From positions 1,050,001 through 1,082,000 of the forward strand of contig NC_018655.1 in NCBI RefSeq assembly GCF_000299365.1: DNA of 32,000 nucleotides, written 5' to 3'. A program made the position numbers and the translations under genes. This document shows, one piece after another, positions 15,313-23,295 of this stretch. This DNA comes from Candidatus Nitrosopumilus koreensis AR1 (GTDB lineage Archaea > Thermoproteota > Nitrososphaeria > Nitrososphaerales > Nitrosopumilaceae). The notes under the pieces were generated by a model, which worked only from the letters and a program-made list of their open reading frames with translations, did not search any database and was not told the origin of the DNA. The number at the start of each line of letters is the position of its first letter. The stretch's first letter is position 1.

Positions 15313-16598
15313 TGGTCTTTGTAAAAACTCACGATATTTCAGAACTTACATCAGAATTAATTGGAAAAGAGGTTGTTTTAGGAGGTTGGATTGAGGATTT
15401 AAGAAAATTGGGAAAGATGTCATTTATCACATTACGTGACGTGTCAGGGATATCTCAAGTCATTGTAAAAGGCGAGTTAAACGACAAACTTGGAGAGATT
15501 AATCGTCAAAGTGTTGTAAGTGTAAAAGGCATAGTTCAAGAAACAAAGGCAAGGGATTTTGCATTTGAAATCAAAGCTGAAGAAATTGAAGTTTTAGGAA
15601 AGGCAATCCATCCACTGCCAGTAGACCCTATTGGGAGAGTTGAAAGTAACATAGACACAAGGCTAAATCATCGTGCATTGGATATGAGAAATCAAAAGAC
15701 AGCATCTATTTTCAAATTAAGACATTATGTTTTACAATCACTGCGAAAAACACTAGCAGAAAAAAAATTCATAGAGATAACTACACCAAAAATTATTGGT
15801 AGTGCAAGTGAAGGAGGAGCAAATCTATTTTCCTTGGAATATTTTGGAAAGAAGGCATATTTGGCTCAAAGTCCTCAATTATACAAAGAACAGATGACAA
15901 TAGGGTTAGAAAGAGTGTTTGAGATTTCAAACTTTTATCGAGCAGAAAACTCCCACACAGGAAGACATCTTAGTGAATTTACCAGTGTAGACATCGAAGC
16001 TGCGTTTATGGATTACAATGATGTGATGGATGTTTTAGAGTCACTAGTCATGGAAGTTTACAGGTTTACATCAGAGAACTGCAAAAAAGAACAAGAAATT
16101 ATCGGTCACACAATAGAGGTTCCAAAATCACCATTTGAGAGAATCACATACAATCAATGTGTGGAGGAATTAAGGAGTGCAGGCGAAAAAGTGGAATTTG
16201 GTGATGACTTGTTAGACTCTCATCTTAGAATTATCGGAGATAATCATCCAGGATTTTTCTTTTTGACTGACTGGCCAATGAAGCTAAAACCATTTTACAT
16301 AAGAGAAAAGGATGAAGACCCAGAACTGTCTCGTTCATTTGACTTGCAGTTTGGATATCTAGAGTTATCATCAGGTGGAACCAGACTGCACAATCCAGAG
16401 ATGTTAAAAGCAAGGCTAAAAGAACAAGATTTGGATCCTGCACAATTTACAGACCATCTCAAAGCATTTGATTGGGGAATGCCTCCACATTCAGGATGGG
16501 GTATGGGTCTGGACAGACTAATGACTACACTAATTGGAATCGACAATGTACGTGAAGTCGTATTGTACCCAAGAGATCCAGACAGATTAAGCCCATAG
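15312..16598 (+). CDS. aspS: Aspartyl-tRNA synthetase, archaeal/eukaryotic type
   Basis: ORF track, 428 aa. It has an N-terminal OB fold and class II motifs FYRAENSHTGRHLSEFTSVD, SSGGTRLH and GWGMGLDRL. Confidence 0.9.
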   Translation: MVFVKTHDISELTSELIGKEVVLGGWIEDLRKLGKMSFITLRDVSGISQVIVKGELNDKLGEINRQSVVSVKGIVQETKARDFAFEIKAEEIEVLGKAIHPLPVDPIGRVESNIDTRLNHRALDMRNQKTASIFKLRHYVLQSLRKTLAEKKFIEITTPKIIGSASEGGANLFSLEYFGKKAYLAQSPQLYKEQMTIGLERVFEISNFYRAENSHTGRHLSEFTSVDIEAAFMDYNDVMDVLESLVMEVYRFTSENCKKEQEIIGHTIEVPKSPFERITYNQCVEELRSAGEKVEFGDDLLDSHLRIIGDNHPGFFFLTDWPMKLKPFYIREKDEDPELSRSFDLQFGYLELSSGGTRLHNPEMLKARLKEQDLDPAQFTDHLKAFDWGMPPHSGWGMGLDRLMTTLIGIDNVREVVLYPRDPDRLSP

Positions 16599-16636
16599 CC
16601 ATTCAGATTTTTATTGTAATAGAATTACATCAATTC

Positions 16637-16882
16637 ATGATAGAACAAGATGATGCAAAAAAAGTCGTTGAAGTGATAGGGAATAATCTAATCGGAGTTT
16701 CACATGATTCAAATAGTTTTCAAAAGCTGCCAGATTCTTTTTGGGGATATTTTGCAAGAGGACACGACAAGAAAGGAAACTTTGGAGTTATTGTAACTTA
16801 TTCTGAAGATGGAAAAGACGTTGATGAGTTAATTAAAATGTATGAAAAATGGGCAGAAAAGAATAAACCAAAATCAGAATAG
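16637..16882 (+). CDS. Hypothetical protein
   Basis: ORF track, 81 aa. A TATA-like tttttattg box lies about 27 nt upstream. I recognise no motif. Confidence 0.45.
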   Translation: MIEQDDAKKVVEVIGNNLIGVSHDSNSFQKLPDSFWGYFARGHDKKGNFGVIVTYSEDGKDVDELIKMYEKWAEKNKPKSE

Positions 16883-16883
16883 A

Positions 16884-17015
16884 CTATTTTGTTTCTTGTA
16901 ATAATTTTCTATAGCCCTGACATTCTTTACAGATAGGTTTTCCTTTGTATTTTGGATTTCCGTCTTTAATTTTGAGAGTACCTTCAACAAGTTTGCAGAT
17001 ACAGCATTTTGCCAT
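16884..17015 (-). CDS. Candidate small zinc-ribbon protein (43 aa)
   Basis: Hand-found ORF below the track cut-off: MAKCCICKLVEGTLKIKDGNPKYKGKPICKECQGYRKLLQETK*. It has two CxxC pairs and fills the gap between convergent and divergent neighbours exactly. Confidence 0.4.
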   Translation of the reverse strand: MAKCCICKLVEGTLKIKDGNPKYKGKPICKECQGYRKLLQETK

Positions 17016-17096
17016 CAAGTGTTCATTTAAAATGTGATTTATAAAAATTGGGAATTTATGAAAAAAAGATAAATTCGTAGAAGTGGATCTAAGATA

Positions 17097-17450
17097 GTGT
17101 ACAAATGTGATTTTTGTGGCTCAAGTTTTGGAGACAGAGTTTGCTATTTTTGTGAGAAAAACTGTTGTACGTCATGCATGATAGATGACAGAACACGTTG
17201 CAAGGAATGCTATATTCATAAAAGAAAATTAAGTGTCAAACAACTAATCAGAAAGAACAAGTTAGTTTTCATTTTTGTTGGGTTTTTATGGTTGTATGCA
17301 GTATTTCCGGGTCCATTTTTACCAGGACTAGACCCAGGATTTTATGCAATATCAGTTGTTGCAGCAGTGTTAATTATGATTCCAGTGTGTTTGGCCATGT
17401 TTTTTTGGTCGCTAAATCCACCAAAATCAGATGTTAAGAAGAGAAAGTAA
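17097..17450 (+). CDS. Cys-rich (double zinc-ribbon-like) N-terminus fused to a two-TM membrane domain; hypothetical
   Basis: ORF track, 117 aa, GTG start. CDFCGSSFGDRVCYFCEKNCCTSCMIDDRTRCKEC is followed by two hydrophobic helices. Confidence 0.5.
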   Translation: MYKCDFCGSSFGDRVCYFCEKNCCTSCMIDDRTRCKECYIHKRKLSVKQLIRKNKLVFIFVGFLWLYAVFPGPFLPGLDPGFYAISVVAAVLIMIPVCLAMFFWSLNPPKSDVKKRK

Positions 17451-17533
17451 AGATGTTAAAAGCAGGAATCGGGCATGGCGGCTTCTAACACCTTTAACTT
17501 GATTATTGAATAGATGAAAGATACTTAAGAAAA

Positions 17534-17557
17534 TGTGTGTTCATTCTAAAACACACA
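17534..17557. terminator. Perfect 8-bp-stem hairpin (TGTGTGTT-N8-AACACACA) between convergent genes
   Basis: Stem 17534-17541 pairs with 17550-17557. It directly abuts the leuB stop codon (17559-17561) and lies 84 nt after the stop of 17097..17450. Its role as a terminator is inferred only. Confidence 0.3.
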
Positions 17558-17558
17558 A

Positions 17559-18572
17559 TTACAAGTTATCAGTAATTTGCTTTGTAAATTCTGTAGTAGT
17601 TTTGTCTCCACCAATATCTTTTGTTTTGACTCCTGTTTTTACCAAGTCAAATATCGTGGATTCTAGTTTTTGACCAACTTCAAGACATTTTGAATCGTTG
17701 TGTTTTTGCCCCAACCAATCCAACATCAATTTGATAGACAACAAAAATGATGAAGGGTTTGCAATGTTTTGTCCAGCAATATCAAATGCAGCACCATGAA
17801 CAGGTTCAAACAATGCAAAGTTATCACCGATGTTTGCAGCTGGAGCCATACCCAATCCACCAACTACTTGGGATGATTCATCAGACAAGATATCACCAAA
17901 AAGATTAGTTGTAACAATAACATCAAACTGTTCGGGTTGACGGATCAAGTTCATAGCACATGCATCAACATACATTTGCTCAAAAGTGATATCAGGATAA
18001 TCCTTTGATACATCAGTGCAGGCTTTTGCAAACAATCCATCTGTAACTCTCATTACATTTGATTTGTGAACACACGTTACTTTTCTCATAGAATCACGCT
18101 GTTTTGCAGATTCAAAGGCATATTTTGCAATCCTTTTTGAGGCATTCTCTGAAATTATTCTCAAAGCCACTGCAGCGTCACCCAAGCTAAACTCTTTTCC
18201 AGTGTAAAGGTCTTCAGTGTTTTCTCTGACTATGACCATATCAATATCATCACGTAATGCAGGCATGTGTGGATATGACTTTGCAGGTCGAATATTGGCA
18301 TAAAGATCAAGCATTCTTCTCAAAACAACAATGACATCAGCTGCACTTTCCCCAACAGGCGCCTTCATACACGCATCAGATTGTTTTATGGCATCAATTG
18401 TTTCATCAGGAAGTGCCTTTCCTGTTTGCTCTAATGCCCTGTCACCAGCAGATAATTTTGTTATATCAAACTTCAAGTCAAGTTTATCATGAATTGTGTT
18501 AAGAACAGAAACTGCAGATTCAGATAGTTCAGGACCAATTCCATCACCAGTAATTAATGAAATTTTGTACAT
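17559..18572 (-). CDS. leuB: 3-isopropylmalate dehydrogenase (isocitrate/isopropylmalate dehydrogenase family)
   Basis: ORF track, 337 aa. It carries the family signature NLFGDILSDESSQVVGGLGMAPAANIG. Its context is leuA and ilvBN. Confidence 0.85.
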   Translation of the reverse strand: MYKISLITGDGIGPELSESAVSVLNTIHDKLDLKFDITKLSAGDRALEQTGKALPDETIDAIKQSDACMKAPVGESAADVIVVLRRMLDLYANIRPAKSYPHMPALRDDIDMVIVRENTEDLYTGKEFSLGDAAVALRIISENASKRIAKYAFESAKQRDSMRKVTCVHKSNVMRVTDGLFAKACTDVSKDYPDITFEQMYVDACAMNLIRQPEQFDVIVTTNLFGDILSDESSQVVGGLGMAPAANIGDNFALFEPVHGAAFDIAGQNIANPSSFLLSIKLMLDWLGQKHNDSKCLEVGQKLESTIFDLVKTGVKTKDIGGDKTTTEFTKQITDNL

Positions 18573-18638
18573 AATTGTATGTGATTATAACGAAATATAA
18601 TGTCATCTCATAATGAACTAAATTTCACGGTGTAAATA

Positions 18639-18938
18639 TTATTGATATGGATTAAGTATTCCAATTGTTTGTCCCACTTCACAGTTTAGTCCATGATCTG
18701 TTAGGAACCAGATGTAGTTACCAATATCAAAAACATCACCATGACAAATCCTTGCAATAGATACAAAGACAACTTGTATATGATCACCCACTTTTGGCTC
18801 ACTACTGCATCCAAAAGTAGCAATCTCTGCTCCTAGTCTACATACGACATCAGGTTTTTCTGCAGATACTGTGTTTGTCAATCCCAAAGTACCAACAACC
18901 ATGATACTGACAATTACAGGGATTAGGAACTTGTTCAC
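18639..18938 (-). CDS. Small secreted or membrane-anchored Cys-containing hypothetical protein
   Basis: ORF track, 99 aa, GTG start. It has a signal-peptide-like N-terminus (FLIPVIVSIMVVGTLGLTNTVSA) and four Cys in the mature part. Confidence 0.5.
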   Translation of the reverse strand: MNKFLIPVIVSIMVVGTLGLTNTVSAEKPDVVCRLGAEIATFGCSSEPKVGDHIQVVFVSIARICHGDVFDIGNYIWFLTDHGLNCEVGQTIGILNPYQ

Positions 18939-18962
18939 AAAAATAAATGAGTCTAGATTTAC

Positions 18963-20474
18963 TTAAACTTGTTTTTCTTGGAGTAGTTTCTTGAGCATTA
19001 TTCGGTTAATAGCATCAATAACTGCCTTGACAGAGGTAGTAACAATATCCTCACCAACAGATTTTGCAGAAACTTTGTTTCCCAAAGCATCTTCAACTTT
19101 TACTGTAACCTCACATAATGCACTAGAACCGCCAGAAATAGATGCTAATCCATAATCTTTGATTCTGATTTCAGATAATTTTCCTGTGATCTTTTGAATT
19201 GCATTTAATGCTGCATCAACAGGTCCAACACCATAATCAGTTCCAACATGATCTTCACCATTCACATTTAATTTTACAAATGCATAAGGCATTGTTCCGA
19301 TTCCAGTAGAAACTGAAAATCCTGTTAATTGAACAATTCTTTTAAGATCTTTTTCTTCCATTACCTCACTGGCAATTGACAGCAATTCTACATCAGTGAG
19401 TTGTTTTCCCTGATCACCTATTACTTTGACTTTGTCCAAAATCTGTTTTGATTGTTCTTCAGTAGGTTTCACCCCATATTCTGCAAGCATTGCATTCATC
19501 CCATGGACTCCTGCATGTTTTCCAACTTGGAGCCATCTTTTCCTTCCAACTAATTCAGGACTAATTGGCTCATACGTGAGAGGGTTACTCAATACACCAT
19601 GAGTATGAATACCAGATTCATGACCAAAGGCATTTGCGCCAACTATGGCCTTGTTTGGTTGAACAATAATCCCAACGGTTTTTGAGATAAATCTAGATGT
19701 ATCATAAATTAATTCAGATTTGATATTGGTCTCATATTTTTGCTCATAAGGTAAACACTTGAGCGCCATAGAAAGCTCTTCTAATGATGCATTACCTGCT
19801 CGCTCACCAATGCCATTAATGGTAACATGTGCACATGAAGCCCCTGCATGTATTCCAGCCAAAGAATTTGCAACTGCTAATCCAAAGTCATTGTGACAGT
19901 GAACGCTGACTGGAAGTTTTGTAGCTTCAATTGTATCTCTCGTAATTTCTGCCATGTATTCAGGTGTAGAATATCCCACAGTATCAGGAATGTTGACTCT
20001 ATCAGCACCTGCTTTTGCAACTTCGCCAAATACTTTTTTTAAAAATTCTCTATCAGTTCTTGATGCATCTTCAGCAGAAAATTCTACTTGAAGACCACGA
20101 GATTTTCCATACTCTACTGCCTCAATTGCTTTTTCAAGTGCTTGGTCTCTAGTTATTTGGAGTTTATGTTCTAAATGAATATCAGATGTTGCAATGAATG
20201 TGTGAATATAATTTAATCCAGCATCAACTGCAGCATCAATATCTTTTTTGATAGTCCTTGTCAATCCCGCAATTTCACATGACAATCCTTCGCCAGTAAT
20301 CATCTTGACTGCTTTGAATTCACCATCAGAAATTACTGGAAATCCTGCTTCGATTGCATCTACTCCCAATTCATCAAGTTTTTTTGCAATTGATAATTTC
20401 TGTCCAGGTGATAAAGACACACCGATGGTTTGTTCTCCATCTCTAAGTGTAGTATCAAATATTCTAACTTTCAT
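18963..20474 (-). CDS. leuA: 2-isopropylmalate synthase (LeuA/CimA family)
   Basis: ORF track, 503 aa. It has FDTTLRDGEQT, HCHNDFGLAVANSLAGI and a C-terminal LeuA-dimer/regulatory domain. I cannot separate LeuA from citramalate synthase by eye. Confidence 0.85.
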   Translation of the reverse strand: MKVRIFDTTLRDGEQTIGVSLSPGQKLSIAKKLDELGVDAIEAGFPVISDGEFKAVKMITGEGLSCEIAGLTRTIKKDIDAAVDAGLNYIHTFIATSDIHLEHKLQITRDQALEKAIEAVEYGKSRGLQVEFSAEDASRTDREFLKKVFGEVAKAGADRVNIPDTVGYSTPEYMAEITRDTIEATKLPVSVHCHNDFGLAVANSLAGIHAGASCAHVTINGIGERAGNASLEELSMALKCLPYEQKYETNIKSELIYDTSRFISKTVGIIVQPNKAIVGANAFGHESGIHTHGVLSNPLTYEPISPELVGRKRWLQVGKHAGVHGMNAMLAEYGVKPTEEQSKQILDKVKVIGDQGKQLTDVELLSIASEVMEEKDLKRIVQLTGFSVSTGIGTMPYAFVKLNVNGEDHVGTDYGVGPVDAALNAIQKITGKLSEIRIKDYGLASISGGSSALCEVTVKVEDALGNKVSAKSVGEDIVTTSVKAVIDAINRIMLKKLLQEKQV

Positions 20475-20965
20475 TCAGCACCGCTCCTCTGCAAAGCTGC
20501 AACACCGGTTCTTGCAACATCAATGATTCCAAAGGGTTTTGCCAATTCCTCAAATGCTTTGATTTGATCAGGTGTAGCAGTCAATTCTACCATAAGAGAG
20601 TCTTTTTTAACATCATGTACCTTCCCGCCATATGCGTTGGCTAGTTTGTTTACTTCCATACTATCATTAGCATTACTTAGTTTAATCTTAAAAATACTAA
20701 GTTCTCTAAAGACGGTTTTATGCTCATCTAAATGCTCTACTTTTACAGTATCAATCATTTTATCAAGTTGCTTTACAATCTGGTCCACTTGTTTTTCATC
20801 ACCATACGTAGTGATTGTCATTTTAGAATAATCAGGATTCTCAGTTACCCCTACAGAGATACTATCGATGTTAAAGTTCCTTGCACGGAATAAATGAGTA
20901 ACTTTGAACAAAATTCCAGGTTTGTTTTCAACTAAAATAGAGAGAATGGCCCACATACTAATCAC
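20471..20965 (-). CDS. ilvN: Acetolactate synthase small (regulatory, ACT-domain) subunit
   Basis: ORF track, 164 aa with an ACT-domain N-terminus (ILSILVENKPGILFKVTHLFRARNFNIDSISVG). It overlaps ilvB by 1 nt and leuA by 4 nt. Confidence 0.85.
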   Translation of the reverse strand: MISMWAILSILVENKPGILFKVTHLFRARNFNIDSISVGVTENPDYSKMTITTYGDEKQVDQIVKQLDKMIDTVKVEHLDEHKTVFRELSIFKIKLSNANDSMEVNKLANAYGGKVHDVKKDSLMVELTATPDQIKAFEELAKPFGIIDVARTGVAALQRSGAE

Positions 20966-22677
20966 TACGATGGTAATATCATGTCCTTAAGTGAAGTTCC
21001 AGGAGCTACAAATGGCAATACGTCCTCTTCAGGATCAATTGGTATGTCAATTACAGTTGCAACATCACTGCTTAATGCATCCTTTATTGCCTTATCAAGT
21101 TCATCCATTGATTGTGCTCTAATTCCTTGAGCTCCATATGATTGTGCTAATTTAACATAATCAGGACATTTTCCTTGATCAACTCCAATCATTCTTCTGT
21201 CATAGAATGTTCTTTGCCATTGAGCTACCATACCCAATGTAAAGTTGTTTAATACAAATACAATTACTGGAATATCTTCTAACACTGCTGTTGCAAGAGA
21301 GTTTTCTGTCATTGCAAAACTACCATCTCCTGCAATGTCTACAACAGGAACATCAGGTTTTGCAACTTTGGCACCAATTGCAGCTGGAAATCCCCAACCC
21401 ATCGTACCAAGTCCTGTAGAACTAAAGAAAGTTCCAGGTTGAATCACATCATAAAATAATGATGCCCACATTTGGTGTTGCCCCACTTCAGTTGTTATGA
21501 TTGATTCTTTAGGTAATAATTCTCTTAATTTACGTAAAATTTTTGCTGCACCCATTTCGCCAGGATGAAGTTTCAAATTTTCTTGCCAATATGCTTTGGT
21601 CTCTTTGACATGTTTTATCCAAGGTGTTTCTTCGGTTTTTTTAATTGCTTTTTGCAAGAGTAACTTTACCATAACTCTGAGATTCATCTGCACATCACCT
21701 ACTACAGCAAGTTGTGCTGTTTGGTTTTTACCAATTTCAGCAGGATCTACATCCATGTGAATGATTTTAAGATTCTTCTCAAATTCCTCAAAAGTTCCAA
21801 CAGACCTATCAGAGAATCTAGTACCAATTGCCAATACACAGTCAGCCTCAGACATTATTCTGTTAGCCTCAGCATGACCGTGCATTCCAATAGGACCTAA
21901 AGATAAAGGATGATTTTCAGGAAATGCTCCTTTTCCTTTGAAAGTAGTTACTACAGGAAGCATCAATGCTTCAGCAACAGCTTGCAACTCTGCAAAAGCT
22001 GATGAAATGATTGTTCCACCACCAGCTAAGATTACAGGTTTTTGAGAATGAAGTAACATGTCAATTGCTTTTTCTACCGCAACAAGATCAGGATCAGCCC
22101 ATGGATGATATCCTGGGATTTTAAATTCATCTGGGAAAACCATTTCAGCTTCATTTTGTTGAACATCTTTTGGAATGTCAATCAAAACAGGTCCAGGTCT
22201 TCCAGTTTGTGCAATGAAAAATCCTTTCTTTACAACTTCAGGAATTTCAGAAGCATGTCTTGGTTGAAATGCATATTTTACAACAGGATTTGCCATTCCA
22301 ATAATATCACTTTCTTGAAATGCATCCTTTCCAATCATAGCTACAGGAACTTGTCCAGTCACTGCCACCATGGGTGCAGAATCAGCCTGTGCTGTTGCAA
22401 TACCGGTAAGAATGTTAGTTGCGCCAGGTCCAGATGTTGCAAAACAAACTCCAGGTTTTCTACTTACACGTCCAAAACCATCTGCCATGTGAGCTGCAGA
22501 TTGTTCATGTCGTGCCAAGATGTGTCTAATATTACATCTAGCAAATTCATCATACATTGGAAGATTTGCACCTCCCGGTAAGCCAAATACTTCCTTGACG
22601 CCTTCTTTTTCCATTGCCGTCATCAAGGCCTTTGCACCAATCATATTTTCCATATTATTCATCAAATTTCTCTCCAT
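20965..22677 (-). CDS. ilvB: Acetolactate synthase large (catalytic, ThDP-dependent) subunit
   Basis: ORF track, 570 aa. It has the ThDP motif GDGSFAMTENSL...VLNN and an N-terminal GxPGG. The true start may be one of the Met codons within the first 12 residues. Confidence 0.9.
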   Translation of the reverse strand: MERNLMNNMENMIGAKALMTAMEKEGVKEVFGLPGGANLPMYDEFARCNIRHILARHEQSAAHMADGFGRVSRKPGVCFATSGPGATNILTGIATAQADSAPMVAVTGQVPVAMIGKDAFQESDIIGMANPVVKYAFQPRHASEIPEVVKKGFFIAQTGRPGPVLIDIPKDVQQNEAEMVFPDEFKIPGYHPWADPDLVAVEKAIDMLLHSQKPVILAGGGTIISSAFAELQAVAEALMLPVVTTFKGKGAFPENHPLSLGPIGMHGHAEANRIMSEADCVLAIGTRFSDRSVGTFEEFEKNLKIIHMDVDPAEIGKNQTAQLAVVGDVQMNLRVMVKLLLQKAIKKTEETPWIKHVKETKAYWQENLKLHPGEMGAAKILRKLRELLPKESIITTEVGQHQMWASLFYDVIQPGTFFSSTGLGTMGWGFPAAIGAKVAKPDVPVVDIAGDGSFAMTENSLATAVLEDIPVIVFVLNNFTLGMVAQWQRTFYDRRMIGVDQGKCPDYVKLAQSYGAQGIRAQSMDELDKAIKDALSSDVATVIDIPIDPEEDVLPFVAPGTSLKDMILPS

Positions 22678-22698
22678 AATTTTAATGTGTTAAAATTT

Positions 22699-22767
22699 TG
22701 AGCACACTTTACAGTGTTAGGACAACTAGCAACTCTTTGCCAAATTTTACAGCTAATCTTGTGCTCA
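22699..22767 (-). promoter_or_regulatory. 8-bp inverted repeat (TGAGCACA / TGTGCTCA) bracketing the leader mini-ORF
   Basis: The arms are 22699-22706 and 22760-22767. On the minus-strand RNA, the 5' arm overlaps the mini-ORF start (A-UGAGCACA). The 3' arm begins 2 nt after its stop and is followed by AAAUUUUAAC, 21 nt before the ilvB ATG. Confidence 0.3.
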
Positions 22768-22768
22768 T
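22709..22768 (-). CDS. Candidate leader mini-ORF (19 codons, Leu/Val-rich) upstream of ilvB
   Basis: Hand translation codon by codon gives ATG AGC ACA AGA TTA GCT GTA AAA TTT GGC AAA GAG TTG CTA GTT GTC CTA ACA CTG TAA = MSTRLAVKFGKELLVVLTL*. A TATA-like tttattaattata box (rc of 22792-22804) is centred about 30 nt upstream of its ATG. Confidence 0.3.
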   Translation of the reverse strand: MSTRLAVKFGKELLVVLTL

Positions 22769-22889
22769 TGAAATCAAAAAATCAATCAATCTATAATTAA
22801 TAAAGATTCTCTAAAGAGTAATCGTGGTTTTGCCCAAATGCGTACAGAAGATTTAAACTGATTATTTTCATATTCGAAAATGACTGTTT

Positions 22890-23294
22890 TTGTCAGATAG
22901 TGAAGAAATTATCAAAGTAATAGAAGCATTATTTCAGGCAGGCATTACAAAAGACACATCAATTCTAAAAGACATCCATCTAAACGATCCAAAATTTTCG
23001 AGTTTTAGTGACTTGCCACCATATGATCTTAAAGATTATCAAAATACAATAGAACTAGAAGAACTCAAGTTTGTCAGTATTTCAGATTATAGTTATGAAA
23101 TCAAAAATCCAAAAATTAGTATTTTTGGAGATTCAGCTGTTGTTGCAATGGAGTTAAATCAAAAAGGAATGTTAGTGGACACAAAAGCATACACAGGAGA
23201 ACACATGGAGATTAAAGGAAGAGCCACTTTTGTTTTAGTAAAGCAACCAACATGGAAAATTGCTCACATTCATCTATCAAAAATTAATGGGTGA
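22890..23294 (+). CDS. SnoaL/NTF2-like (DUF4440-like) small protein
   Basis: ORF track, 134 aa, TTG start. The C-terminal pattern GRATFVLVKQPTWKIAHIHLS is typical of NTF2-like folds. The assignment is tentative. Confidence 0.55.
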   Translation: MSDSEEIIKVIEALFQAGITKDTSILKDIHLNDPKFSSFSDLPPYDLKDYQNTIELEELKFVSISDYSYEIKNPKISIFGDSAVVAMELNQKGMLVDTKAYTGEHMEIKGRATFVLVKQPTWKIAHIHLSKING

Positions 23295-23295
23295 A

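Noticed and set aside
22105-22581. 158-aa plus-strand ORF
   Set aside because: It is antisense to ilvB. Its Cys/Ser/Asn-rich translation is typical of a shadow frame.
22880-22892. Possible seventh frameshift: the ATG at 22880 would be in frame with the SnoaL-like ORF if the T5 run (22887-22891) were T4
   Set aside because: The TTG at 22890 is an adequate start by itself and the run is short. There is no conserved N-terminal sequence to recover, so the evidence is insufficient.
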